Assembly (NCBI RefSeq): GCF_018350175.1
Contig: NC_058368.1
Span: forward strand, 98,582,001-98,646,000
DNA: 64,000 nucleotides
Direction: 5' to 3'
From: Felis catus
Taxonomy: Eukaryota
Shown here one piece after another: positions 12,862 to 26,082 of this stretch (position 1 is the first letter of the stretch; each line of letters opens with the position of its first letter). A model generated the notes under the pieces. The model saw only the letters and a list, made by a program, of their open reading frames with translations. It did not search any database and was not told where the DNA came from. Position numbers and translations under genes: made by a program.

Positions 12862-14707
12862 CATCTTCAACATTTTTAAGACTCAGTCTTGACTAAATAT
12901 TATGCATTTCCTCTCTACTTATTCTTAAAATTAATGATTATATAAAATTGTCATTTTTGCCTAGTAAATTCACTGACACACTAGTCTCTCCTAAAGAGTT
13001 TACCTGTGGTGTTCTGTATGAGCATGTTTGTTCAATAAGTCATTATCAAAACTTTTTCCTTTGAAAGGTTAGACTACTTATTTCAGCTAATTTAGAAGCT
13101 GTAAAATGTTTCAACACATGTAAAATCGGTGAGGTGTATATTTTTATAGATGAGAATTCTTTTTCACTTGCCTACAGCTTTTATTTGCATTTTGCAAATT
13201 TATCATAAATGTGCTGACAACAGAAAATAGCACTCAAGGTTCTGAGATAACTAGTTAAGTCATGTGGTTATCAGCTATATTTTGGAGACAGTTCCACTAA
13301 AGTAAATAAAAAGGAAATTACTAGGCAAAAAAAAAGTGTCAGTGGTATTAAACAAATTCAAGAAAAACCCTAGTTGCAAGACTACGGCACCAACAGCACT
13401 TTTAACTTTTGTCTTTGGCTCTGGAGCATTTATAGTCCTGCTATAGCCATTTGATCACCATCTGAGTTGGACGTTGCATTTGTACAAAACGCTTGTTAGG
13501 ATTGTGTAAATGTGAAAAAATGCCAGAGAAACTATTGCCAAAGGACAAATGAATGTGTCATTCCTAAATGAAAATAGACAGAATAATTGATATGTTCGTC
13601 ACATATTTGATTTTACTCTGACTTCCTTAAAGAGCCTTTTCTGCCTTTCCCTCTTGCTCTTTCGTATTGTTCATTTGACTATGTGATCTTGCTGCTTGGT
13701 CTTGGAGACATTTTTGGGAAAGAATCCAAGTGTTTTCTTCCCTGTTCCAGATGTTTTCAATACTGTGTGGCTGACATAAAGTCTAACAATAAAAGGATAC
13801 TTTTTCACAAGAAGTAGTTTGTAAGTCACAGTAACTCATGGTACAAAGAGGGGAGGTTAAACAACCTTGTTGTAAAGTTAAAGAATCAGGTGCTAATCCA
13901 CACAGAGCTCTGCCTGTCAGATGATTAGCACATTTGGGAACCAAAGTTAGGAAAGGAAACTTGAAACAAATAACCGGAATGAAGGATTAGACTTTGAAAG
14001 CTGTATATGTACTAAGACATGATGTAAAGCAAACTGAACAAAAATGAATATTGTATTACCAAGATATGGCATTGGACAGTAAAATAGAAAACACAATATG
14101 AGTCTTTAGACTACAGAGAAATAAATGGTGTCCCCACTCTTTATTTCTATTTTAATTAAATCCATTTACCTTCAGACTAAAATGAATTTATTCAAATATC
14201 TATGTGAATGTACAGATTGCAGAAAAACAAAGAAGACCATATGTGCTGTTAATAGTTTTCACATCCATCAAGACAGAGAACATTTGTGTAGATGGAGACA
14301 TTTACACATATAATTATATACTGTATGTATATATATTACATAAATATCTCCATTGGATGTAAAGAAAATAAGGAATGTTTTCAACATTTTGAATGAAAAA
14401 TATTAATGACAAGGATGAGATTTATTGGTATAAATAAATGTATAAGAATCATTGTATGTGGTGGTATCTCCTGCTATAAATTCCCACTCCCCCGAAGATT
14501 TATATTGGATACCAATATAAATTGGTATTTATATTGGTATTTGTGTTGGATACCAATATAAATATTGGAATGTATATTAATTGGATATTATTTATATTGG
14601 ATACCAAACAACTTATAGCTACCAATGAATATGAAATGAAACTTATTACTCATGCAGTAGACCACTGAAGGACTTCCTAAGGGGAAGTGTAGAAATTCTG
14701 CAAGGGA

Positions 14708-14931
14708 GGGGGTGCCTGGGTGGCGCAGTCGGTTGGGCGTCCGACTTCAGCCAAGTCACGATCTCGCGGTCCGTGAGTTCGAGCCCCGCGTCAGGCTCTG
14801 GGCTGATGGCTCGGAGCCTGGAGCCTGTTTCGGATTCTGTGTCTCCCTCTCTCCCTGCCCCTCCCCCGTTCATGCTCTGTCTCTCTCTGTCCCAAAAATA
14901 AATAAAAACATTGAAAAAAAATAAAAAAAAA
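14708..14931 (+). mobile_element. Young SINEC_Fc-type SINE
   Basis: TSD AGAAATTCTGC(A/T)AGGGA at 14691-14707 and 14932-14948; CpG-rich body. Confidence 0.96.
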
Positions 14932-15203
14932 AGAAATTCTGCTAGGGAGGAAACTAAGAACAGAGCAGAGAGAGTACATGGGGTCCTTGTGGTGACTTGG
15001 GCATGAGTCTGGGGAAGGGCCCATGTGCTGGGTGGGAGTGTTTGCAGGTGGGTTTGCCACTGACCTCATAGGATGTGTGGCACACAGGGACTCTCACCGT
15101 GTTTGCCCTGTGTGGGGGCAGCAGCTTGCCCTGTGTGGGGGCAGCAGGAAAGAGAGGTGGGAAACTAAAAGCTGTCAGGTCAGTCATAAAAAATGGTGTC
15201 CAG

Positions 15204-15584
15204 ATTAATCAACTACATAAGCATGGCTTTATTTCTGGGCTCTCCATTCCATTGATCTGTGTGTCTGTTTTTGTGCCAGTACCAATACTGTTTTGATTAT
15301 TAGAGCTTTATAATGTTTCTTGAAATCTGGAATTGTGACACCTCTAGCTTTGTGCTTCTTTCTCAAGATTGCTTTGATTCTTAGGGGTCTATTGTGGTTT
15401 CATGCAAATTTTAGTATAATTTGTTCTAGTTCTGTGAAAAATGCTGTTGATGTTTTGACAGGCAGTGCATTGAATCTGTAGGTTGCTCTGTGGACAGCAT
15501 AGCAGAATGTATAAACTTGTCCAATCACTATGCCGTGCCCCAGAAACAAATGTAACATCTTGTGTGAACTATACATCAATTAAG
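15204..15584. mobile_element. 5'-inverted, truncated carnivore L1 insertion
   Basis: Antisense ORF2 piece (15204 to ~15492) joined to a sense 3' terminus (~15495-15584); TSD AAAAATGG(T/A)GTCCAG at 15189-15203 and 15585-15599. Confidence 0.82.
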
Positions 15585-16622
15585 AAAAATGGAGTCCAGT
15601 TCTTTATTATGAGAATAAATGGGGAAGATATCATGTGATATTTTAGAAATTTCAGTCAAGTGAGGAAGAGATGGCCTAAGCAAAACAAGGCTTTGAATTA
15701 GAGAGAGAAATACGTGTAAGGCTCTGTCAGATAAGACTATTCTCTGTAAGGCTAAGAAGAACGTGGGCAAGACCAGAGTGTTTTCCCTGGTAGAGACTTC
15801 TGTGGTAGTTCTGGGAGTACTGAGAACGGGAGCTGGGCTGTGCTAAATTAAGGAGTATTTGTGAAGAATTTTAGAATGATTTAGTAAAGTTCCACGTAAG
15901 CGATGATTAGAGTGATAAGAATAGGAAAAGTGAAGATCAGAAGTGAAGGTTTCTTTTCCTCAGAGAAACATCTGAAGGTAGAATTATGATATGCATTCTC
16001 TCTACTGGCTTACTAGGCTTAGCATTCCATTGGAATTTTGGGTTAAGAATATAATAAAAATCACCTTTAGTGGAACAGTATATTTAAAATCACTTAAAGA
16101 AAATAATGCTTTCCTGACAAACAATGTTAACTACAAATATTTATGGTGTATACCCTGTATCATAATTGTGTTAGGTATTCTGATATGTATAAGGATTGAT
16201 ATTTTCAAAAGCATGATTATTTAACATGTAAAACATTTTTTTTTCCAGAAAAATAGGCTTTCCGTGGAAAAAAGTCCATAATATAAAACCTGATACTTTC
16301 CTATATGTTCTATTCAGTCAGTGTTTTTCTCTAGGATAAGGTACAAAACATTATGCTTCTTATCCCCCAAAATATTTGTTGCTGGTTTATTTAATGGGTG
16401 TAATGAAATGTTTCATAATTTTTACATATTCTTTATAGAAAAATTCAGATTTACTTTCTACCTATTGCAGTATGGGGACTCTTTTTATTCCTGATAAAAC
16501 TGAAGAAGAGAAACATTAATTGAAATATCGTAGGCCCCTATTTTTAGACCAACAAACGGTCTTAGTCCCAGCAGCCTCTGAAGTGTGATGAGTAGTGTGT
16601 GCTTAAAAGGTAGAGATTTTCA

Positions 16623-16838
16623 GGGCACCTGGGTGGCTCAGTGGGTTAAGCGGCCGACTTCGGCTCAGGTCATGATCTCGCGGTCCGTGAGTTTGAGCCC
16701 CGCATCGGGCTCTGTGCTGACGGCTCAGAGCCTGGAGCCTGTTTCAGATTCTGTGTCTCCCTCTCTCTGACCCTCCCCAGTTCATGCTCTGTCTCTCTCT
16801 GTCTCAAAAATAAATACACGTTAAAAAAAATTAAAAAA
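16623..16838 (+). mobile_element. Can-SINE (felid type)
   Basis: TSD AAAAGGTAGAGATTTTC on both sides. Confidence 0.96.
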
Positions 16839-16974
16839 AAAAGGTAGAGATTTTCTAGGCAATGTTTTCAGATAGTTTTTTTTTCAAAATTAAGAAAAAA
16901 AAATAGATGGCCTCTCCTCCTTCACAAAACAGAAAATGAATCATGCAGCAGTGACTTTGTTTGGGTAGTCTTCA

Positions 16975-18006
16975 TACCTAAAAGTCTAGGAATACAAAAA
17001 AGAGCTTACCTACAACCTGCTTTAAAAATGAGCCAAAGGTCTTAAAAAGAACCTTATCCAAGAAGATATACAGATGGCATATAAGCATATAAAAAGGTGG
17101 TCCACATCACATGTCATCAGGGAAATGGAAATTTTAAAAACCCTGAGATACCACCGTATACCTATCACAATGGCCAAAAGCCAAAACACTGACAACACCA
17201 AATGGTGACGAGAAAGTGAAATAACAAGAACTCTCATTCATTGCTGGTGGAAATGCAAAATGGTACCACCACTTTGGAAGGCAGTTTGATGTGTTTTAGG
17301 TTTCTTTAAAACAAAATACTCTTATCATATAGTCTAGCAGTCGTGTTCCTTGGTATTTACCCAAAGGAGTGAAAACTCATATCCACATCAAAACCTGCTC
17401 ATGAATGTTGGTAGCAGCATTATTTATAATTGCCAATACTTGGAAGCAATGAAAATGATCCATTCAGTCAATGAATGGATCATTTAACTGTGGTACTTCC
17501 AGACAATAGAATATTACTCAGCCCTGAAAAGAAGTGAAATATCAAGTTATGTAAAAAAAATGGAAGGACTTAAGTGCATATTACTTAAAGAAGCCAATTG
17601 GAAAAAGGCTACATACTGTATGATCCCAACAATATGACATTCTGGAAAAGTTAGGAAACTATGGAGAGAGTAAAAAGATCAGGGTTTGTCAGGGTTTGTG
17701 GGGAAGAGAGGAGTGACCAGGCAGAACACAGCAGTGGGACTACTTTGTATGATACTATCATAGTAGACACATGTCATTATGCATTTTTTTCCACTGCCAC
17801 AGAATGTACAACATCACACATGAACCATTGTGTAAACCAGGGTGATCTGGTGATGTGTCATTGTAGTTTCATCATTTGGTGCATTTGGTACAACTAGAGG
17901 ATGTTGACAATGTGCAGGCTATGCATGTGTGAGGCCCAGAGTGTATGGGAATTTCTGTAAATTTTGCCCAATTTTGCTGTGATCCACACCTGCTATGAAA
18001 AATAAA
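16975..18006 (+). mobile_element. L1 3' end (ORF2 C-terminus plus 3' UTR), L1MC-like
   Basis: GAAGATATACAGATGGC, CATTGCTGGTGGAAATGCAAAATGG, GGCTACATACTGTATGAT and terminal AATAAA. Confidence 0.87.
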
Positions 18007-18187
18007 TTCTGGTTTGTTTTTTGTTTGTTTTGTTTTGTTTTGTTTTTTTTTTCTAAAAAAGACAATGAATTTACCTTAGGTCATCGTACATAGTAAACAT
18101 TTAATGGTAAGTTTTTATTCATATTAACTCTATTTTTATAATCACTGATACAGTCTTCTGTTGGCTATAAGATATGCAGTGAATTTA

Positions 18188-18398
18188 TTTTTTTTTTAAC
18201 GTTTATTTATTTTTGGGACAGAGAGAGACAGAGCATGAACGGGGGAGGGGCAGAGAGAGAGGGAGACATAGAATCGGAAACAGGCTCCAGGCTCTGAGCC
18301 ATCAGCCCAGAGCCCGACGCAGGGCTCGAACTAATGGACTGCGAGATCGTGACCTGAGCTGAAGTCGGACACAACCGACTGAGCCACCCAGGCTCCCC
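18188..18398 (-). mobile_element. SINEC_Fc-type SINE
   Basis: TSD GCAGTGAATTTA. Confidence 0.95.
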
Positions 18399-19912
18399 AA
18401 CGCAGTGAATTTAAATTTCCTAATGTTCACTTAGCTCTGATGTTAAAGATGGGATAAGAAATAGGAAGAATTTCTGTACCATATGCCCTGCAAATCTATA
18501 CATCCTAGTTCATTAACTTATTTGGACAAGACCTTGTCCTAATGTTATAATCCTCATTTGGGCAAGTTAGCTGTGCTTTTTCTCTGGTCATAGATTATAT
18601 CCTGAATCACAGCCTTCTTTTAATTGAGGCCACTGGTAGCCAGGATGAATGGAACAAGAGAGATAGGTCACCATTAAATTATATGAGAAAAATACCTCAA
18701 AATATACTTCCATCAGAGTTACTCAGCGCTGTCACCTCTGAAATCCCTGTTATTTTAAGTGATTGTTATATAAAGCAATTGAGTTCATCCTCCAAGATGC
18801 TGTTACTTTATTAGATCAGTATATTCATTGTGTATATGAAAGATACATATTTCCTTACATTCTAGGCACAGTAGGTTATGATGGGCACCATCTAAAAATT
18901 ATAATCTTCAAAGGCCATGTAGCACTGCCTGTAATATACTAAACAAAGGAAAAGTTTTACCCTTTTGTTTACCTTTCGGTTGATGAATAATTTAAATTTA
19001 CTTTCTCTTTGTCCAGTCAGTACCAGATTGTTAGAATCTGAAATCCCTCATGTGATTTATCATTTGTTGAGGTACACAGTGCTTTTTATTTTTAAACACA
19101 AATCAAAACTTTAGAGAATTACAAATTACATTACACATACACATACACAACTTCTGTCAATTCTATCACAGTCAAAACACAGCCAGCTGCTTCTGAGATG
19201 ATATCAAGTGGCAATTAAAATAGCACCAATAATGTTACACTGTGGTTAGGTACAGAAAATATTTTATCTGGAAAAAGCAAGAAGTATATTTAGATGACTG
19301 GGATTTATGTTCCACATTAAAAGAACAGATGCCTTGAAAGATTAATCTTCGGTGCCATGATGTCTACTTGTACAGAACGTTGGACACGATGGGGCTTGTG
19401 TGGGCCAGATGCCTTCCTTGTCCAACTTGAGTCCTCTTAGCAGTGGCCTCCGAATACCTTCTGCAGACCATTAGTTCAGTAGAAAACTAATAGATATGCT
19501 GTCAAAAATGGGTGCTCTGGTCAAATGAGATTTGGAAACACCGCGTTAAAGCTGCACATTTTTCTCTCCAGTGAACTGTCAAACTAATATACTTACATTC
19601 ATTATGGATCTTTTAGAGAAAATGCATCAGTTCCCCCAAATTCTTTCACTATAGAACCTATGCCAATATAGCCATTAACCATTAGATTAGATAAAATACA
19701 TGTTTGGGACACCAGCAAATTGGGGAAGAAAAAATTATATCCATGTTTAGTATTTGTCTAATGCATCAAGGAAGTTAACACCAGGGAAAATCAGAATTTT
19801 GTTGGACTTGTATTTATTCCACAGCCTAATGTGCTTATTTTGGTATTCACAGTGGGTATGAACTTGAGTTCTTCAGTGCTTAAGGCCTGTAGTGGAATTG
19901 ATTCAGCACAAC

Positions 19913-20134
19913 TTTTTTTTTTAATTTGTTTTAATGTTTATTTATTTTTGAGAGAGAGAGAGAGAGAGCATGAGAGGCAGAGGGGCAGAGAGAGAAAAAG
20001 ACACAGAATCTGAAGCAGACTCCAGGCTCTGAGCTGTCATCACAGAGCCTGACGTGGGGCTCAAACTCACAGAGTGCAAGATCATGACCTGAGCCGAAGT
20101 CAGCGGCTCTATCAACTGAGCCACACAGGCGCCC
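19913..20134 (-). mobile_element. Can-SINE (felid type)
   Basis: Reverse SINE flanked by T runs. Confidence 0.94.
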
Positions 20135-21213
20135 TTTTTTTTTTTAGGAGCATCTTCTGGGGGAACGTTGCTTGGAACACACTTAGAGAATTGCTCTTCT
20201 AAATCCAATTTTCCATATTTGTCATTCTTCTCATCTAAGGATACTGTAATACTTTGCCTTCTTCGAACCTTCTGGCACTACCAGTTTGCTTGGGATAACT
20301 CTGGGTCCGGTGTGGTTGCCTTAGGGTTCTGTGCTTAAAGAAGGGCCCAGCTACCTCCCCAGATTACACCAGGGCCGAAGATCTATTTAGGAAACATGGT
20401 GGTCTTCTGCTTTGAGCATTGGAGGCAATAGAGCCAAGTGACCTGCATTAACCCAAATCTCCTCTCATTGAGCTGACAAGGATCCTGCCTGGCACTAGAA
20501 TTGACCCGTGGCGTTAGGACCAAACCAAGAAAAAAATGGCAAAGCAGATGGTTTATATTTTAGCAGCCTCTTTCGGTGTTTTTTCCCTCTTCTGTCATCC
20601 CCCAATCTGCCATGCTCTCTGGAACCCCTCGGCAGCCTACTTTCTTGTTCTGAGCCTTCCTCTGCAACACAGCACTTCTCTGCTGCTTTGAAATGACCTG
20701 CCTGATGAGACACTGTGTTTATGTGCTGTCTCTTCAAATATTTAACTAAATGACAGTGAGTGAGTTGTTTTTTTTTTTTCTAATGGCTTTGTCACATGAA
20801 AAGAAAAATAACTGGAACCGAGATGACATTACAGAAGGGAGAATCACAAAAGAACACAGAAAGTTAAAACCAAACTGCCTTCAGAGAGACATGATAAAGA
20901 CAAGTAGGGAAGTTTGCCCTGTAGAACCTACAAAAAGCTCAAAACCTAGAGGTAGCCATATCTACCAGGAACCACATGGAGCTAAAACCAAGGGCGTTGG
21001 TCAAAACCAGAGTTCTGTAGACCTTCATAGTTCATTACTATCTCTACCCCAGAAACCTAGAAGTCGGCATGCACTGTCCCTTCCCCACAGGTGAAAGGAT
21101 TATTCTCTACAGAAACTTTAAAGAGCTTGAGAGGGAAAATTCTTCCAGATATCCATAAATTAAATGGGGTAATGAAAAGCCTGACTTATTTTATAAGTTG
21201 ACTATAATGAAAT

Positions 21214-21367
21214 CAGTGCTTCACAAACTTAAATGTGCATGTAAATCCCTCACATCTTACTACAATGTGGATGCTGATTCATTCATTCTGGGGTGTGGCC
21301 CAATATTTTGCATTTCTAATACTTCTACATTTCTGCCCATCAGTGAGCCATACTTCGAGTGACAAGG
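21214..21367. mobile_element. MER5-like hAT MITE
   Basis: CAGTGCTTCACAAACTT...GATGCTGATTCA...TTTGCATTTCTAA...ACTTCGAGTGACAAGG. Confidence 0.65.
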
Positions 21368-21778
21368 CACTGGATAACTAACTGCATATTGCTCAGAGTA
21401 ATCAGTGATTGCTGCATCAGTTTAAATATGGGTGGACAGAGGAGTTACCAGCTATTTGAAGGAAGCTTCTACCTAAACAACAGAGACCCCAAACCAGATA
21501 GATACTAGGATGAAGAAGAAGAAAAAGGAACATCAAGAATCTGGAGAAGAGATTGTTATGTAGAGAAGAAAATACTTTTCAAAAGAGTGAAAAATAGAAA
21601 CCCCCTCTACATATTGTCATAGAAATACGAAGGTTATGAAACTAGAACAAGAGTCTAGGGAGAAATGGAAATCATCAAGGAAGAAAGGAATTCTAGAAAT
21701 TTAAAATATATGAGAAAAAATATCATTAGAAGTGGTGGAAAATAAAACCAAACAAGTCTCCTGGAAAGCAGTGTGTGT

Positions 21779-21894
21779 ACACACAGGCACACGCACACAC
21801 ACAGATGCATACATACAGATGCATGCATGCACATGTGCACACACACACTCATGCAGATGCACACACATGCACACACACACACACACACACACAC
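21779..21894. repeat. Degenerate (CA)n/(CATG) alternating purine-pyrimidine tract
   Basis: Read directly from the sequence. Confidence 0.92.
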
Positions 21895-21899
21895 CAAAA

Positions 21900-22350
21900 T
21901 ATTGAAAGTAAGAAAGAATAGTTGAGAAATTAAGAATCAATCCAAGAGAGCTAACACCTGAAAAATGGTAGTTTTAGCAAAAGAAAAATAGAAAGAAGGA
22001 CATTATGAAAGAGAATTCTATAAGCAAAATAATTGGAACTGAAGGGATGAGTCTCCAGACCGGAAACGCTCACTGAATAAGGCGCACTTCAAGACACAGC
22101 AATAGGATGCACAGCAGGGATGCAAATTCAACCTCAGAATGTAAAAGATTGTGTAATAATGTCATAAAAATCCAGATAAAATATTATTTCCAGCCTAGAA
22201 TTCTATATCCATATCAAACAGTAGTCACTTCTTATGAAGTATAAAGACATATTTAGATACCGTGACTAAATAACATATCTGCTATCTATGCATTTGTAGA
22301 AAGCTTCCAGAGGATATGCTATTGTTAAATGAGGTGTGAAACCAAGAAAG
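21900..22350 (+). mobile_element. Ancient L1 ORF1 relic
   Basis: TTCCAGCCTAGAATTCTATATCCA (FQPRILYP motif of L1 ORF1p) near 22190-22212. Confidence 0.6.
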
Positions 22351-22631
22351 TAAAAAGACATGGGATCCAGGACAAAGGTAGCTCATTAAAGGATACTGAC
22401 AAAGCTAATCCTCCAAGATCATGAGATTGAGAATCCCAAGTGGACACATGGGTGGCAAGTCCACCAAGCAATAGGTTGAATTAGATCCAAAGAATCAAGG
22501 ACTCCAGATGATGGATCTCAAAGGGAGGAAATATAAGGAATGTAGTTGAAAATGTAAAAACTAGTAATAGGTGCGGTGAATATTTCATACTGCTGAGAAA
22601 AGTATAAAAAGCACATTTTGGAAAAACAGTG

Positions 22632-22800
22632 AAGTAGGTTCATGAATTGTAACAAATGTACCACTCGGGTGAGGGATATTGATAATGGGGGAGGCTGTGC
22701 ATGTGTAGGGAAAAGCGGTAAATGGGAAATTTCTGTATCTTCCCCTCAGTTTTGCTTTGGACCTTCAACTATGTAAAAATAAATAGTCTTCACCTTAAAA
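22632..22800 (+). mobile_element. L1MC-like 3' terminal fragment
   Basis: GTAGGTTCATGAATTGTAACAAATGTACCACT...GATAATGGGGGAGGCTGTGCATG. Confidence 0.75.
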
Positions 22801-23320
22801 AAAATGAATGAAAACTTTGGCAATTATTAATTCTAGGAAAAGATGATGAGAGATACAGGTTTGGAGAAATATTCATAATGAACATTTGTAGTGGTTTAAA
22901 CTGTGAGCAGCACCTTTTGTAAAGTCAGTCATAATGTTGTCACTGACTAGTAGTTTTGCAAAAAACAAATCCGTAACAATGTAGGAGGAAGGTGGAGAGA
23001 TTATATGGGTGAGTGGAGCATTTTCAAGTTAAAACATCATCCACTAGGGCCAGAAATAAATAGATCATTCATAAGATCAATGAATCAAGAAATAACAGCA
23101 TAAGCCTATTAATTAGAAATACAGAAATAAATACCATAAACAATAGATAGAAGAGTTGCTGGTTGTTAACTCCAGGAAGCAGAACTAATGGTTGAGAAGT
23201 TAGAAGGAAACTTTATTTTTCAATACAAGACTTTTAGAGGTATTTTTTAAAACTATATGCATTCATTACTATGATAATGTAGTTAATTTAAAAATAAACA
23301 AATAAAGCAGTAAGGTCCCC

Positions 23321-23321
23321 C

Positions 23322-23373
<52 letters not shown>

Positions 23374-23556
23374 TTTTAATTTAGAGAAAGAGCATGAGCA
23401 AGGGAGAGGGTCAGAGGGAGGGAGAGAGAGAATCTCAAGCGTGCTCCACGCTGAGCATGGAGCCCTACGTGGGGGTTGATCAAGCAACCCTGGGATCATA
23501 ACCTGAGCTGAAATCAAGAGTCAGACACTCAATTGACTAAGCCACTCAGGTGCCCC
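23321..23556 (-). mobile_element. Can-SINE with (CTTT)n tail microsatellite
   Basis: (CTTT)n at ~23323-23375 followed by the reverse SINE body. Confidence 0.93.
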
Positions 23557-23882
23557 AAGGACCTCTGTATTTCTGCTCTGATGAAGGTGGAGACTTCAAT
23601 GGGGCTGGTTAGAAGGGAGCCACCATTTCTTGGACATACTTGCCAGAAGTTATCTGGTTGCAGGATGATAAATGCTGACAGACTTGCCCTCCAAGGAGAA
23701 CATAGCCCTCTGATTGGTGGCTACAGGGAGAGGAGCTCTGTTCTTGTCTGTGCCCAAATGCAATGGAGTTCCCCTTTTTTCTCCCTAAGTTGGGAGGGAG
23801 GATGGAAGGAGTAGGTCTTAGTTCAAATAGTAGCTCATTTTTCTTATAAAGTGTAGTAGATTTTAAGAAATCTTTCTTCTTT

Positions 23883-24905
23883 TTTTTGGTATCTATTCAT
23901 TTATTATTTTTCAAATATAATTTATTGTCAAGTTAGCTAACATACATTGTATAGAGTGTGCTCTTGATTTTGGGAATAAATTCCCATGATTCATCGCTTA
24001 CATACATCACCCAGTGTTCATCCCGACAAGTGCCCTCCTCAATGCCCATCACCCATCTTCCCCTTCCCCCCCCCATCCACCCTCAGTTTGTTCTCTGTAT
24101 CTAAGAGTCTCTTAACGTTTGTTTCCCTCTCTGTTTGAAACTATTTTTTCCCCTTCCCTTCCCCCATGGTCTTCTGTTAAGTTTCTCAAGTTCTACATAT
24201 GAGTGAAATCATATATCTGTCTTTCTCTGACTGACTTATTTCACTTAGCACAATACCCTCCAGTTCCATCCATATTGCTCCAAATGGCAGGATTTCATTC
24301 TTTCTCATTGCCAAGTAGTATATCATTGTATATATAAACCACATCTTCTTTATCTGTTCATCAGTTGATGGACATTTAGGCTCTTTCCATAATTTGGCTA
24401 TTGTTGAAAGCACTGCTCTAAACATTACGGTAAATGTGCCCCTATGAATCAGCACTTCTGTATCACTTGGTTAAATTCCTAGTAGTTATATTTCTGGGTC
24501 ATAGGGTAGTTCTGTTTGTAATTTTTTGAAGAACCTCCACATTGTTTTCCAGAGCAGCTGCACCAGTTTGCATTCCCACCAACAGTGCAGGAGGGTTTCC
24601 ATTTCTCCACATCCTCGCCAGCATCTATAGTCTCCTGATTTGTTCATTTTAGCCGCTCTGACTGGCATGAGGTGGTATCTCATTGTGGTTTTGATTTGTA
24701 TTTCCCTGATGAGGAGTGATGTTGAGCATCTTTTCATGTGCCTTTTGGCCATCTGGATGTCTTCTTTGGAAGAGTGTCTATTCATGTCTTTTGCTCATTT
24801 CTTCACTGGATTTTTTGGGTGTTGAGTTTGGTAAGTTCTTTGTAGATTTTGGAAACTAACCCTTTATCCAATATGTCATTTGCAAATATCAACAAAACTA
24901 AAAGG
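23883..24905 (-). mobile_element. Relatively young felid/carnivore L1, 5'-truncated (~1 kb), with a terminal micro-inversion
   Basis: ORF track gives L1 ORF2 C-terminal peptides ([33 protein letters not shown]); TSD GAAA(T/C)CTTTCTTCTTT. Confidence 0.93.
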
Positions 24906-25651
24906 AAACCTTTCTTCTTTAATATGCTTTTAGAACAATTTCTCGACTTCCAAGGTTGTTTTTTAAAAATAATTTTCACCAGTTTCAATGGGGAGCAGGT
25001 CTGTAGAACTCCTCAGGCTGTTCTATCAGAAATGGTTCTCTAACCAGCTGTGATTTTATATCAGCAACTCAAGTTCTCTTTTCTTTTCTTTAAAAATGAT
25101 AACAATAGAGTCTAATTTAAAAGGTTTCTGTCAGTGTTAAAAATAAAATGGTTTTTTTAATGTAAAGTCTGCATATAAAGTACTTATTTAACATAATATT
25201 TATCTTATGGAATGCATTTTTTCAAATAATTGTTTTTATCTCTAGTCAATATGATCATGTGTTTTGCACTCATTCATTCACTCAAATATTCCTTGAATAG
25301 AGCTATATATGCTATTCCAGATGGTAGGAACTTTGAGCAAATCAAAGGAGATGACTTCATAGAGCTCATAATCTAAGGGAGGAGATAACTAAGTAAACAA
25401 ATTAATATATAAGATATCCTGAAGTCCTAAGCATTATATAGAACAATGAAACAGGTTAAGTAACTAGAAAGTGTTGACACTACCAGATATAGGCAGTTCC
25501 AAGTACTCTTTTTTTCTCCATTAAAATGTCAAGCTAATCTAAAATTTACGAATTTTGGCATCTGAATGCCTTTTGAATTTTGACAAAAATCTTTTGTCAA
25601 TTCCTGATTCTCAGTCTTGGACTTAGAAAATATAAAAATACACACATACGT

Positions 25652-25852
25652 GGGGAGTCTGGGTGGCTCAGCAAGTTAAACATCCAACTTCAGCTCAGGT
25701 CATGATCTCGCGGTTTGTGGGTTCAAGCCCTGCATCAGGCTCTGTGCTAACAGGTCAGAGCCTGGAGTCTGCTTCAGATTCTATGTCTCCTTCTCTCTCT
25801 GCCCTGCCTTGGCTCATGCTCTGTCTCTGTTCCTCGATAATAAATAAATGTT
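25652..25852 (+). mobile_element. Can-SINE followed by (AC)14
   Basis: TSD begins AAATACACACA; the 3' copy runs into a CA repeat at 25857-25884. Confidence 0.93.
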
Positions 25853-25856
25853 AAAT

Positions 25857-25887
<31 letters not shown>

Positions 25888-26032
25888 TTAGTATAATAAC
25901 TGTTAGACATTACTTCTGCTCTTACAAATTCAAACCTGCTTAAGAGTGGTGGACACAGGATAATAGGCTCTTTTGGTCACTTCTAATTCTGTACTTGTAT
26001 GACATAAAGACATCCTATATATATGAACAGAA

Positions 26033-26036
<4 letters not shown>

Positions 26037-26080
<44 letters not shown>
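26037..26080. repeat. (AT)22 microsatellite
   Basis: Read directly from the sequence. Confidence 0.97.

Positions 26081-26082
<2 letters not shown>

Noticed and set aside
24186..24785. ORFs resembling a reverse-transcriptase protein C-terminus
   Set aside because: Broken ORF2 of a 5'-truncated L1, not a host gene or an active element.
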